A stretch of 20,000 nucleotides of DNA from an uncultured virus (IMG/VR IMGVR_UViG_3300028840_005337). Lineage: Duplodnaviria; Heunggongvirae; Uroviricota; Caudoviricetes. The stretch covers positions 113,610-133,609 of IMG/VR virus record IMGVR_UViG_3300028840_005337; one strand, written 5' to 3'. This document shows positions 1 to 8,706 of this stretch, in pieces; within the stretch, counting starts at the first letter, position 1, and each line of letters starts with the position of its first letter. The notes below the pieces were generated by a model. The model worked only from the letters and a program-made list of their open reading frames with translations, was not told the origin of the DNA and ran no database searches. The position numbers and the translations under genes are program-made.

Positions 1-34
1 TGTATCGCTGGACGATTTCCGCTAAGATCACACC

Positions 35-562
35 ATGGCTAAACGTAGAATGTTTCAACTTCGACGTAAGGAAGCGCGGGCGGGTGCTCGCGATCCCTTT
101 TACAATCCCGAACGGGACATCGCTCACCTGGGGCCGAACTTGCTCCGGGGCGCGATGGTCTCGTGCGAGGAGACGTACTGGGAGCCCTGGCTCAAGCAGT
201 TCATGCTGGAGCAAGGCATCAGCTACCAGACGATTGTGGATACGAATGCTCCTGTCATCCTGGCACGGGCGTTCAACCGCATTGTCAAGGCAGAGAATCC
301 CAAGGTGGCGCTGGAGGCCGAAGGCTTCCACGAGCTGCCGTCGGCGATTCAAATGCTTTTCTATACCCGCATCGGGCAGGTCTGCTTGGCCATGATCTGG
401 GCGGGTGTGAAGGATGTGTCCAAGCCTGACGACGCACCGCCAGCGACGGTTGTAAGCCTGCTGACGGACGTCGAGGACGGTTTCAAAACGTTCCTGGAAG
501 GGAGCGACGAGGACGAAGATGCCGCGGACGGGAGCACCCCTGATCCAAGCCAATCCCAATAA
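35..562 (+). CDS. hypothetical protein (175 aa)
   Basis: ATG-started ORF with protein-like composition, same strand as the downstream cluster; no motif recognised. Confidence 0.75.
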   Translation: MAKRRMFQLRRKEARAGARDPFYNPERDIAHLGPNLLRGAMVSCEETYWEPWLKQFMLEQGISYQTIVDTNAPVILARAFNRIVKAENPKVALEAEGFHELPSAIQMLFYTRIGQVCLAMIWAGVKDVSKPDDAPPATVVSLLTDVEDGFKTFLEGSDEDEDAADGSTPDPSQSQ

Positions 563-1448
563 CTTACGAAGTGCGATGACCCGCGTTATCGCGCTGAGCC
601 GACAGCTACAGTTGGTTGCTAAAATGTCAGAACGATGGTTTCAAGAGTTCGCCGACCGTTACGGCTTTCCCGCAAATTACACCTGCGTGGACTGCGAGAC
701 GAACGGCGTGGACGTAGAACGCAGTCTCATCTGCTCTATCGGGCACACGATCGTACGTGATGGCGTGCCTATTGAAACCCGGGAGGTCTACCTGAACTGG
801 CCGGACTTCCCTGACATTGACCACGAAGACTTCCAGCGAAAGCTGTACCAGACTCAGCAGGCGATGCAGTCGCGCGGCAAGGGCTTCCACCACACGTGGG
901 AGCGGCTGCGCAACGAGGGTGAAGACCCCATCGCCACCCTCGAACAATATCTCACGATGTTCGAGGACATGGAGGAGCGTCGAGAGGTCGTCGTTGCCCA
1001 CAACGGGTGGCGGTTCGACATCGAGCTCTTCCAAGCGCACTTCCACAACTTCCTGCGCATCCCGTTCGTCTTCGAGCCTGAGCTCGTCTACGACTCCGGG
1101 ATCGTCGAGAAGGCCAGTCAGCTTGACGACTACGACGACCCGCTGCCTCTGCCTGGCGAGACCATGCAGCAGTGGGCGTGGCGCATCGGCGAACTCCGTC
1201 GGCGCGGCGTCATGTGGTCCCTCGAGGGCCACTGCGATGACAAGTACCGCATCTTTGAGAAGGCGGGCGTCGGCAAGGAAGAGGCACACGCCGCGGGCGT
1301 GGACAGCCTCGTCCTGCACTATTTGGTTGAGGAGCACCGCAAGCTTGCGGGCGTTGCCCCTCTCGTTGAAGAAGTCACTGACCACACGCAGGTGATCGTC
1401 AATGGCGAAAGCGAAGCAGCACAAGGATCCGGAGATCCTTCAGAGTGA
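519..1448 (+). CDS. DEDDh/DnaQ-like 3'-5' exonuclease
   Basis: ExoI 'VDCETNG', ExoII 'VAHNGWRFD' and ExoIII 'AHAAGVD' motifs in the order typical of DEDDh exonucleases. The start could instead be ATG 624. Confidence 0.85.
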   Translation: MPRTGAPLIQANPNNLRSAMTRVIALSRQLQLVAKMSERWFQEFADRYGFPANYTCVDCETNGVDVERSLICSIGHTIVRDGVPIETREVYLNWPDFPDIDHEDFQRKLYQTQQAMQSRGKGFHHTWERLRNEGEDPIATLEQYLTMFEDMEERREVVVAHNGWRFDIELFQAHFHNFLRIPFVFEPELVYDSGIVEKASQLDDYDDPLPLPGETMQQWAWRIGELRRRGVMWSLEGHCDDKYRIFEKAGVGKEEAHAAGVDSLVLHYLVEEHRKLAGVAPLVEEVTDHTQVIVNGESEAAQGSGDPSE

Positions 1449-2028
1449 ACTCGCAGGACTCATACCCGGTTACGTCCGCATCGTTGGGCTCGACCTGGGT
1501 ACCAACTGCGGGGTTGCCTGGTGTGACGTGGATCCCGAAAAGCCGATCGTCTGGGACGATATCCAGATGTACGCCGGCCAGCTTGACCTCGGACTCGGAC
1601 CGTATGACACCGGTCCCGTCCGTCATATCCGGCTCAAGCAGTTCATGGCCGTCATGCACCCAAGCTTTATTGGGTTCGAGGACGTCAAGAACACCCCCAC
1701 CGTTAAAGGTTTCGGCGGGAAGAAGCTCGGCATGATCATGGCCCGTGTGGCCACAGCCGCTGAGCTCCTGGGTGGTTTCAAGATCACCCTCTGCACCTGG
1801 GCCGAGGAGAACGAGGTGCCCTGCCAAGGGTACGCCATCGGCACCATCAAGAAGTACGCTACCGGGAAAGGCAACGCTGGCAAGCCTGCGATGATCGCAG
1901 CCGCCAACGAGCGCTTCGGCGCTGACCTCGACCCCGACAACTACGAATCATCCGGCACGGACAACATCGCAGACGCGATGCACATCTGCGCCATGAGCGT
2001 TGAAGGATACGCCAAGGGGCTGGCTTGA
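1402..2028 (+). CDS. ruvC: RuvC-like Holliday junction resolvase
   Basis: 'VGLDLGTNCGVA' (catalytic D), 'GFEDV' (E), 'IKKYATGKGNAGK' and 'DNIADA' match the RuvC motif series. Confidence 0.85.
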   Translation: MAKAKQHKDPEILQSELAGLIPGYVRIVGLDLGTNCGVAWCDVDPEKPIVWDDIQMYAGQLDLGLGPYDTGPVRHIRLKQFMAVMHPSFIGFEDVKNTPTVKGFGGKKLGMIMARVATAAELLGGFKITLCTWAEENEVPCQGYAIGTIKKYATGKGNAGKPAMIAAANERFGADLDPDNYESSGTDNIADAMHICAMSVEGYAKGLA

Positions 2029-2067
2029 GCCCCAATCTTATTGCTGTGAATAAAATTGGAGGCTCTC

Positions 2068-2790
2068 TTGCCCGGCACAGCACTCTACATCGGCGCCATC
2101 ATGCGTGCCGCCGGTGACGCGTCCACTTACATGGGCCCGGTCCGTGTGCCTCGATCGATGTCGAAGGCCACGACCATCAATGCCCATATTGCCGAAGTCA
2201 ATCAGCAGCGCCAGAATGATGCGGCTGCACCGCCGCAGGCGTACGCTGATTCGACGTTGGCCGGGGATCGCCGATACGAGAACCGTATCCAGCGGCCCGG
2301 CCTGGCCATGCTTACCAGCGTGATCATCCTCGATCGCAACGGCAACCAAGTCTACGCACAGGAGACCACAGGTCCCCAACTGCGTGGCAAGGTTGCCGTC
2401 CCGCTGCTGAGCTACTTGAAGGAAGCATACCCGCATCAGTTCTCCGACAATCTGCGATACAGCGACGGCACGCCCGACGCCGCGATTTTCGGATTCAACA
2501 TCAAACAGGTGCTTCGGATCGCTGCATTCGAAGTACTGAAGCGGAATCAAAGCGAAGATACAAAGATCCAGGTACCGGTGCGCATGTGGCACAATCCGAT
2601 CGGGTGTTACGACCCGTACGATGTGCTGTTGCCCTCGCCTGACCAAAAGGATCTGGATATTTTCTCCTTGATGCGTTACTTCGGCATTGCCGAGGCATCG
2701 CCCGAAGAGCTGGCCACGAGTGCGCTCCTCCAGGCCCAGGTGGCCCGGGAGCTCGTCTTGGCAGCTCAGCTATTGCCGTTGGGGTCTTGA
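2068..2790 (+). CDS. hypothetical protein, possibly a degenerate exonuclease fold
   Basis: GGAGG (2058-2062) lies 5 nt before TTG 2068. 'IFGFNI...YDPYDVL...SLMRYFGI' loosely recalls PolB-type exonuclease domains, but catalytic acidic residues are not evident. Confidence 0.7.
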   Translation: MPGTALYIGAIMRAAGDASTYMGPVRVPRSMSKATTINAHIAEVNQQRQNDAAAPPQAYADSTLAGDRRYENRIQRPGLAMLTSVIILDRNGNQVYAQETTGPQLRGKVAVPLLSYLKEAYPHQFSDNLRYSDGTPDAAIFGFNIKQVLRIAAFEVLKRNQSEDTKIQVPVRMWHNPIGCYDPYDVLLPSPDQKDLDIFSLMRYFGIAEASPEELATSALLQAQVARELVLAAQLLPLGS

Positions 2791-2814
2791 CACACTGGCC
2801 AACCCGGAGGCCGG

Positions 2815-2920
2815 GCGCTCGTCGCGTAGTGGTTACGTCAGCGGGCTCATAACCCGCATGGCCGCTGCTGAAGTTATCGGATCTTCCCCAGCGGTGGGGT
2901 TCGACTCCCTAACGAGTGCT
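2815..2920 (+). tRNA. atypical tRNA-Met(CAT)-like gene with oversized variable arm
   Basis: Acceptor GCGCTCG(T)/(A)CGAGTGC, D arm GCGT-AGTGGTT-ACGT, anticodon arm GCGGG-CTCATAA-CCCGC, T arm TGGGG-TTCGACT-CCCTA, 37-nt variable region 2858-2894. CCA is not encoded. Confidence 0.75.
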
Positions 2921-2964
2921 TTGGATCGACGGAAGTTACAGTGTAGTCAAGCCCGGGGAAGGAG

Positions 2965-3000
2965 GGGCGGGTCGCGGTATCCCCACGCCGCGGCCCGCCC
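2965..3000 (+). other. strong GC hairpin downstream of the tRNA-like gene (terminator or processing stem?)
   Basis: 13-bp stem GGGCGGGTCGCGG/CCGCGGCCCGCCC (one G-U) with a 10-nt loop and only a weak T-tail. Confidence 0.45.
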
Positions 3001-3031
3001 TCGTGTTTACCACCACTACAGGAGAGACCCA

Positions 3032-3472
3032 ATGTCTCGCATCGAATTACATCACTCCGTGATGGACATCTTTCAAGCGCTCGGCGAGGGTAATCCCGGC
3101 GCGCTGCGCGTCTGTATGGAGCTGATGCAACAGTCCGCCAACATTGACCCGGACAGCGCCCTGGGCGGTATGGGACCGTTGCTGTCGCTCGACACGCTCG
3201 AGATCTACGGCCCCCGCATTTGGATGCTGTACAAGGACGTGTGCGGCGAGGATCTGACGCTGACAATAGCGTTGCTTCGTGGCCACCAGCTTGGTATGCT
3301 ATCATCCGCAGAGTTGAACCACGCCATCGACAACCGTGGCGACGGCATCGACCCCGCGACGGTACTCGCGCTGGTGCAAGAAGAGCTGCCGGCGTTCGCT
3401 ACACAAGGAGCGAAAGATGACGAAGTGCAAGAACCACAAGAGGTACAAGGGGATACACCCCCCGCGGTGTAA
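3032..3472 (+). CDS. hypothetical phage protein (146 aa)
   Basis: AGGAG RBS before ATG 3032. Contains 'EGNPGA...LDTLEIYGPRIWMLYKDVC'. The longer ORF-track start at 2687 would overlap the tRNA-like gene. Confidence 0.8.
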   Translation: MSRIELHHSVMDIFQALGEGNPGALRVCMELMQQSANIDPDSALGGMGPLLSLDTLEIYGPRIWMLYKDVCGEDLTLTIALLRGHQLGMLSSAELNHAIDNRGDGIDPATVLALVQEELPAFATQGAKDDEVQEPQEVQGDTPPAV

Positions 3473-3536
3473 CCGCGGAAAGCCTTGCGACGCTTGCAAG
3501 CAAAAGTACAAGGAGACTCATCGTGGACGTCTTTGA
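3417..3536 (+). CDS. small basic Cys/His-rich protein (39 aa), putative zinc-binding
   Basis: AAGGAG RBS before ATG 3417. MTKCKNHKRYKGIHPPRCNRGKPCDACKQKY... has CxxH and CxxC; it bridges the flanking genes. Confidence 0.6.
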   Translation: MTKCKNHKRYKGIHPPRCNRGKPCDACKQKYKETHRGRL

Positions 3537-4266
3537 ACCAGGCGAAGGATGGATGGAGAAGCGCGAGCGTCTGCCTGTTCCGAGCAGCGACGCGAAATTC
3601 GCACTGCATGAAATGGCAGACGACTGGCATTTCTTCAACCACGGCGCACTGTTCGAATACACCACGATCGATACCGATCCCGTGGGTGACTGGTATGCCC
3701 AGCAAGAGCCGGGCACACGTGTCATCCGCACACCGTTTAAGCGTCCAGTGATCGAGGGGCTTACGCGCCCCACGGCGCTGGGCGTTCCGTGGGGCCACGT
3801 CATCTGTGGCGTGCGCAACCACGATTGGGAGGATCTCTTTCCTTTCCTCGGCGGCGTTGTCGCCTTGGACTCCAAGGACAAGGACTACTTCCAGCTATTC
3901 AGCGGCGACATCGAAATCGTCGACCCAGGCGAGGCACAACGCCACAGCGTGTGGAGTCTCGACCTGCCGAAGATTACGGTCACTGTGTTCTGTGTCGATG
4001 GCATGAAGGACCGGTGGCAGGTGACGCCCAGTGTTGGTGGCATGCCGCCACGCTTCTATCGTGTCGACCCCCGCCAGGAGGTCATCGATATGGGGCAAGC
4101 GGTGCTGTCCGGCGACATGGAGCACCTCCAGTACAAGGACAATCCGGCGTTCAAACCGCTGCAGGATAAGTTCAAATCCATAGTTACACCCGGAGAAGCG
4201 AGCAATGAAGCTCTACATCGAGCTGCCCAGCAAAATCGAGGGAAACTGGACCTTGGTGGACGGTGA
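3523..4266 (+). CDS. hypothetical protein (247 aa)
   Basis: AGGAG RBS before GTG 3523; long ORF in the cluster. Confidence 0.75.
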   Translation: MDVFEPGEGWMEKRERLPVPSSDAKFALHEMADDWHFFNHGALFEYTTIDTDPVGDWYAQQEPGTRVIRTPFKRPVIEGLTRPTALGVPWGHVICGVRNHDWEDLFPFLGGVVALDSKDKDYFQLFSGDIEIVDPGEAQRHSVWSLDLPKITVTVFCVDGMKDRWQVTPSVGGMPPRFYRVDPRQEVIDMGQAVLSGDMEHLQYKDNPAFKPLQDKFKSIVTPGEASNEALHRAAQQNRGKLDLGGR

Positions 4267-4534
4267 TGGCAAACCGATCTGCGACAACACGCCCCCAGGG
4301 GCGATGATCGTGCTCGAGCCGCATTTCTACAAGGGCATGCACTCGCAAGCATTACTACGTTCTACTAACGCTGGCAAAAAGGGCCTCACCGTCGACCAGA
4401 CGATTCGGGTCTCGGCCACCACCGGCAAGCTGACTGCTGAGTCCGCTGGCAAGGTGCCCAAGCCGATCGAACCGCACTTCGACAAGAAGGAACCGAAGAA
4501 GTCAGCACCTAAGGAGCCAACGAATGGCAGCTGA
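4205..4534 (+). CDS. hypothetical protein (109 aa)
   Basis: ATG-started ORF with an upstream GGAG, overlapping its neighbours in operon fashion. Confidence 0.7.
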   Translation: MKLYIELPSKIEGNWTLVDGDGKPICDNTPPGAMIVLEPHFYKGMHSQALLRSTNAGKKGLTVDQTIRVSATTGKLTAESAGKVPKPIEPHFDKKEPKKSAPKEPTNGS

Positions 4535-5021
4535 TACCCCGCCCGAAGAAGAGGGCCTGACTGACGAACAGCTCGCGGAGATCATGCGGCGCCTTGGCAG
4601 TGCTTTCCTACAGGCTGCCGATCCGCCGGAACGTCCGCAGCAAACTATCTACATCGTCTACGGCGTCGTAGGCGACCGGCCGAACATCAGCACCGTGCAG
4701 AACGAGCAGGCGCTGTGTGACGCCATCATGGAGGCTCGCGTGGCCCAGAACGCCGATCCCGAGAATGAGCGCTACATGCATATCTTCGTTGGACAGCAGT
4801 GGCCTATTCAGAAGGGGCGCGTCTGGTACGTCTGCGCTGGTGAGCGGATGATTCCGGTGACCAGCGAGAACATCGACATGCGCGTCGATCAGACAGGCAG
4901 CCTGCGAGAACCCATCGACTTCGACACGGTCGTACCGTCCCCGCCGGACGAGCCGGAGACCGAAGATGATGAACCGGACGGCGACGTTGAAGTCGTTCCG
5001 GGGCCGCCCGAGTCGGGCTAG
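4524..5021 (+). CDS. hypothetical acidic protein (165 aa)
   Basis: AAGGAG RBS before ATG 4524. Confidence 0.75.
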   Translation: MAADTPPEEEGLTDEQLAEIMRRLGSAFLQAADPPERPQQTIYIVYGVVGDRPNISTVQNEQALCDAIMEARVAQNADPENERYMHIFVGQQWPIQKGRVWYVCAGERMIPVTSENIDMRVDQTGSLREPIDFDTVVPSPPDEPETEDDEPDGDVEVVPGPPESG

Positions 5022-5057
5022 TCAATCTGACTAACATAACAAGGCATTATAAGGTAG

Positions 5058-5089
5058 ACGCCAGCATATCTGCTGGCGTTTTCCTTTTG
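5058..5089 (+). terminator. probable intrinsic terminator
   Basis: ACGCCAGCA-TATC-TGCTGGCGT 9-bp stem followed by TTTCCTTTT. Confidence 0.6.
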
Positions 5090-5105
5090 CAGAAGGAGGA
5101 GACGC

Positions 5106-5339
5106 ATGTTCAAGTTATCTCCCCACAGACCACGTGGTCCGCAACATGGCGCGATCAACGTGCGATGGGTGGAGGGAACGAAGCTACTGCGTGTTGTGTA
5201 CAAAGGTCCCTTTAAGGGGTCAGACCTGATGGACCATACTGCTGGCAAACGCAGGCCGTACGAGGATCTGACCCAGGACGAACTAGATGAGCTCAAAGCA
5301 GCTCAGGCCGCTTTAGGGCGGCCATTACAGCATGCGTAA
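5106..5339 (+). CDS. hypothetical protein (77 aa)
   Basis: Strong AAGGAGG RBS before ATG 5106. Confidence 0.7.
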   Translation: MFKLSPHRPRGPQHGAINVRWVEGTKLLRVVYKGPFKGSDLMDHTAGKRRPYEDLTQDELDELKAAQAALGRPLQHA

Positions 5340-6897
5340 GCATTTCTACTTCTCCACTCGGAGTACAGCTTTGGATGAGTTCCAACAATTGAAAATGGGT
5401 GGCCGCGAGGTCACTACCAAAGTCCGTGAAACAGCAGATGAGCCACAAACGGCTAATCTGGCTACCGACACCATCGAGTTGGCGGAGCAGCTGTTTCAGG
5501 ACTACAAAAAGGGAACGGCTTGGTCGAAGAAGCTTTTCAACGGCCGTAGTGGTTCTCAGCTGATTCAGGCCTTGCGCCTGTGGGCCCAGAAGGTTGACGT
5601 GGACAGGGTTAGCTCCGACGAACCAGTCCTCAACGCTCTCGAGCTTGAGGAAGTGGTCGCCAAGCAAGCCGTCTCGTTGGCACTACCGCTGCAGACCCTC
5701 TGTCGCTGGATCGTCCTCGTGAGGATCGGCGTTGGGCGGCTGCGGCGGGAGCTTCTGGGACTGGTATCGATGGTCCCGATGCCGCCATGCGGTAGCGTGA
5801 GATTGGGGCGCCCAGCTGACCACGTGAGCAAGACTCACTATGTGGTCACGCACGTACTGGGCGATAGGATTTTCAGCAGGGGGTACTTGTTGCGGTTCAC
5901 CGACCAGGGCTGGAAGCTCGGCGGCAAGGAAGGCAACAAGTGGTCCAAGGACCTGTGGCTCACGCCCGGGCTCCAAGAGGTGTCTGCAATCGTCGCGGCC
6001 AAACGCCGCAAGATGATGCCAAATGGCAATCCACCGAAAGGCGAGCTGCAGAACATCAACCGGACCTGCAAGAACCTCGAAAAGAAGCTGAAGGCCAGTC
6101 GGCAATCCGCCGGCATAAGCACTGACCAGTTTAGTAAGGCGCACGGTGCACGCCTCGACCTTGAGAACAAGAACATCATGGTCGCTACCCTGGCCAGCGT
6201 AAGGGCGCTGCTCGCACAAACGATCGTCTACAAGGAAAACCAGACCTTGGACGAGATCGCAGCGCGCCATGACAATTCCAAGTTCGCCTTGCTTGACGAT
6301 CCGTCGCTCGCAGGGGACGAACAGGAAGCGTTCCTTTACCATCTACAGCGTCGCCGCCAAGCGCAGGCGTGCTTCGCGGAACTCGGGAAGTTCGTCTTCC
6401 CGCGCGGGTACATGGTGTTCTCGGAAACGGGTATACCTGACCACGTCCCGCCTGAGGTCCGTGTTGAACTCACTGGCGTGTCCGGTGTCGCCGTCGGCTC
6501 CGAGTATCTGGCATCTCGGTTCGACATTCCTGTGCTGCGTAAGCACGCGGCAGCTCTGCCCGAAGTGGAGGACCTCACGCCGCTCATCGACGCGTGTGGC
6601 ATTTCTACCCTCCACGGCAAGATGGTAGACGAACTAGACGAAATTCAAAAGGATGCGGGAGCGGCCGGCTCTGAGGATTACATCCGCTACCGGCTCGTCG
6701 GCGAAGAACCAGCCGACATGCCGAAAGCCGACTTCTTCCGCAAGACCAGCGTCCGATTTGTTCCGATGGTGGTGAACTTCAATCGAAAAAGGCTCTTCGC
6801 CGAAGATATGCAGGGCGTCTCCAACGGGGTCAGCTTTGCCATCTCGCACGAAGACGTGAACGAGAGGTTCAACCAATGCCAGCCGAAGAAATCTTGA
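5332..6897 (+). CDS. hypothetical protein (521 aa)
   Basis: Long ORF whose start overlaps the end of the previous gene; no motif recognised. Confidence 0.8.
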   Translation: MRKHFYFSTRSTALDEFQQLKMGGREVTTKVRETADEPQTANLATDTIELAEQLFQDYKKGTAWSKKLFNGRSGSQLIQALRLWAQKVDVDRVSSDEPVLNALELEEVVAKQAVSLALPLQTLCRWIVLVRIGVGRLRRELLGLVSMVPMPPCGSVRLGRPADHVSKTHYVVTHVLGDRIFSRGYLLRFTDQGWKLGGKEGNKWSKDLWLTPGLQEVSAIVAAKRRKMMPNGNPPKGELQNINRTCKNLEKKLKASRQSAGISTDQFSKAHGARLDLENKNIMVATLASVRALLAQTIVYKENQTLDEIAARHDNSKFALLDDPSLAGDEQEAFLYHLQRRRQAQACFAELGKFVFPRGYMVFSETGIPDHVPPEVRVELTGVSGVAVGSEYLASRFDIPVLRKHAAALPEVEDLTPLIDACGISTLHGKMVDELDEIQKDAGAAGSEDYIRYRLVGEEPADMPKADFFRKTSVRFVPMVVNFNRKRLFAEDMQGVSNGVSFAISHEDVNERFNQCQPKKS

Positions 6898-7145
6898 GGC
6901 CGCTGTACACCGGAGATGAAGATCTGTCGGTGTGGCTTGAGGGACTCGATGAATGCGACGCACCTAGGCTGTTTCCCCTGTGGCCAGATGACTTCCCGAA
7001 TTATCTGGCGGTATATCTCACAGCCGAGGATGAGCTCGGAGTCCCGCAGAGCAGGCAGGCGATGCTCTACGCCTGCTGTATAGGGAGATTGTGGTTCTGC
7101 CGCGTACCCAAGGCAGAATTCGATGACCACACGACTTTGGAGTAG
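6876..7145 (+). CDS. hypothetical protein (89 aa)
   Basis: GAGG upstream of ATG 6876; fills the gap after the 521-aa gene. Confidence 0.65.
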   Translation: MPAEEILRPLYTGDEDLSVWLEGLDECDAPRLFPLWPDDFPNYLAVYLTAEDELGVPQSRQAMLYACCIGRLWFCRVPKAEFDDHTTLE

Positions 7146-7149
7146 ACCC

Positions 7150-7296
7150 ATGGACGACGACCAATTGGTCGACGACGCCATACAGGCGTTGATTGAGATT
7201 GTTGAACCTTCGGCCCTCCAGGAGGCCGAGACAGAGTGGACAATCCACAAAGCACGCGATGAGGAACCGGTGGCGGCCGACCTCGTCGAGGTCTAG
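7150..7296 (+). CDS. small acidic protein (48 aa), absent from the ORF track
   Basis: GGAG RBS and ATG 7150; MDDDQLVDDAIQALIEIVEPSALQEAETEWTIHKARDEEPVAADLVEV; ends just before a terminator. Confidence 0.55.
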   Translation: MDDDQLVDDAIQALIEIVEPSALQEAETEWTIHKARDEEPVAADLVEV

Positions 7297-7324
7297 TATC
7301 AAGGAGAAAAAAAGGGTAAACTTG

Positions 7325-7361
7325 TCCCTGGGTCGTTCCGTCACGGCCCAGGGATTTTTTT
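7325..7361 (+). terminator. intrinsic terminator
   Basis: 12-bp stem TCCCTGGGTCGT/ACGGCCCAGGGA followed by T7. Confidence 0.85.
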
Positions 7362-7366
7362 AGCTA

Positions 7367-7395
7367 TTGGCGGCAAAACAGTCTGAGGATAGACT
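7367..7395 (+). promoter_or_regulatory. sigma70-like promoter candidate for the block containing the portal gene
   Basis: TTGGCG-17 nt-TAGACT directly after the terminator and upstream of ATG 7419. Confidence 0.45.
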
Positions 7396-7418
7396 GATGG
7401 GCCGGAGGAAAGGATGCC

Positions 7419-8612
7419 ATGCCACTAGAAAAAGACTCGTTTTGGGACCGCGGGAACGCCGTAATGGATTCCCAACTGGATCCCTCGCAGTACCATAATC
7501 CGGCAGAAGAGATACTGCCGATAAGCAAACAATCGATGGCGAGTGTGCTGCCGCCCGGCGTTTGGGGGGCACAGGGCACTGTCATCAGGCGTTCTACGAT
7601 GGATGGAGCACCGATCGGATGGGATCCTTTCGAAGTCGCCACCCGGGTGAATGTCGATCCAGACATCCCCGGGCAAGGCTTCGTGATCGACCCCAGGCAG
7701 ATCCAGAAGGATGCAGCCCTCAAGGCCGTCAAAGATGCCGGTGTGCGGCACGCTTCGACGGTAGAGGACCTGCGCTTCGCCGGTGCGAGAGCCTATCAGC
7801 AGTTCGCCATCAGCAACGTTCCAGATACCCCGGCCATGACCGCACGTGAGCGTCCTCGAGAGGCACCGATTGCTTTGCCTGGCGTCTATGTCGTGCCCAA
7901 GGCCACCGAAGGAGGAGGACAAGAAGTGCCCACAGCCAACGAGCATGTGAACGACATCGTCAGCGGTTATGACCTCGCCCAGGGCGTGGCCACAGGCCGC
8001 AACGATCAACCATCTGCGAAGCAGCCCCAGGAGCCCGCAACCGTCCCGCAGGCCCCTGCGCCGCCTCCGCAGTCTCCGCCGCCCGTGCCGCAAGGTCCCC
8101 CGCAGCCACAGCCGCAGCAGGCTGTGTACGCTGCGCCACCGCAACCGGCCCCGGCCGCTCCGGCAGCCCCTGTGGCTCCGGTAGGCGCACCCATGCCTGC
8201 CCCGTCGTTGTTCGGCCCGTGCGGCCCTACCGGCGAGACACCGGCTGCCGCTGGACCCTCTGCGCCCAGCTACAAGGTCACGTTCGAGGTCCGCGGCGCG
8301 CCCGCGGCTATCGAAGCGTGGTACCACGAGATCGTCAAGGACAACCAGGTGCTCGTGATGTGCTATGACACGCGCACCCACGGTTATCCCCGGATCAACC
8401 TCATGCCCACCGAGGAAGATATCGCCATCCATCTCGACGGCAGCGACATGGTCTACGACGTGACGGACCCCGCAATCAAGTTCGTTCACGGGCACGATGA
8501 GCTGCAAATCTTTCTCATCAAACGCGAGCGCCCGTTGCCTGGCGCTGTCGTTGACAGCACGCCTCAGGCTGCGGTTGCCGGCGGGCAACACAATATCGTG
8601 GGATTGCAATAG
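7419..8612 (+). CDS. hypothetical protein with central Pro/Ala/Gln-rich linker (397 aa)
   Basis: GGAGGAAAGG upstream of ATG 7419; two globular-looking halves joined by a low-complexity linker. Confidence 0.8.
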   Translation: MPLEKDSFWDRGNAVMDSQLDPSQYHNPAEEILPISKQSMASVLPPGVWGAQGTVIRRSTMDGAPIGWDPFEVATRVNVDPDIPGQGFVIDPRQIQKDAALKAVKDAGVRHASTVEDLRFAGARAYQQFAISNVPDTPAMTARERPREAPIALPGVYVVPKATEGGGQEVPTANEHVNDIVSGYDLAQGVATGRNDQPSAKQPQEPATVPQAPAPPPQSPPPVPQGPPQPQPQQAVYAAPPQPAPAAPAAPVAPVGAPMPAPSLFGPCGPTGETPAAAGPSAPSYKVTFEVRGAPAAIEAWYHEIVKDNQVLVMCYDTRTHGYPRINLMPTEEDIAIHLDGSDMVYDVTDPAIKFVHGHDELQIFLIKRERPLPGAVVDSTPQAAVAGGQHNIVGLQ

Positions 8613-8706
8613 GCGTAGCAGTACTGGCAGCCAAGGGGTAAGATGGTGGATATCTACGTCAATAAGCAACAGATGGCACAGATCATTGCCCTATGGGGAG
8701 ATTCCG

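Noticed and set aside
2687..3031. N-terminal extension of the 2687..3472 ORF
   Set aside because: It overlaps the previous gene and the tRNA-like gene; a good RBS supports ATG 3032.
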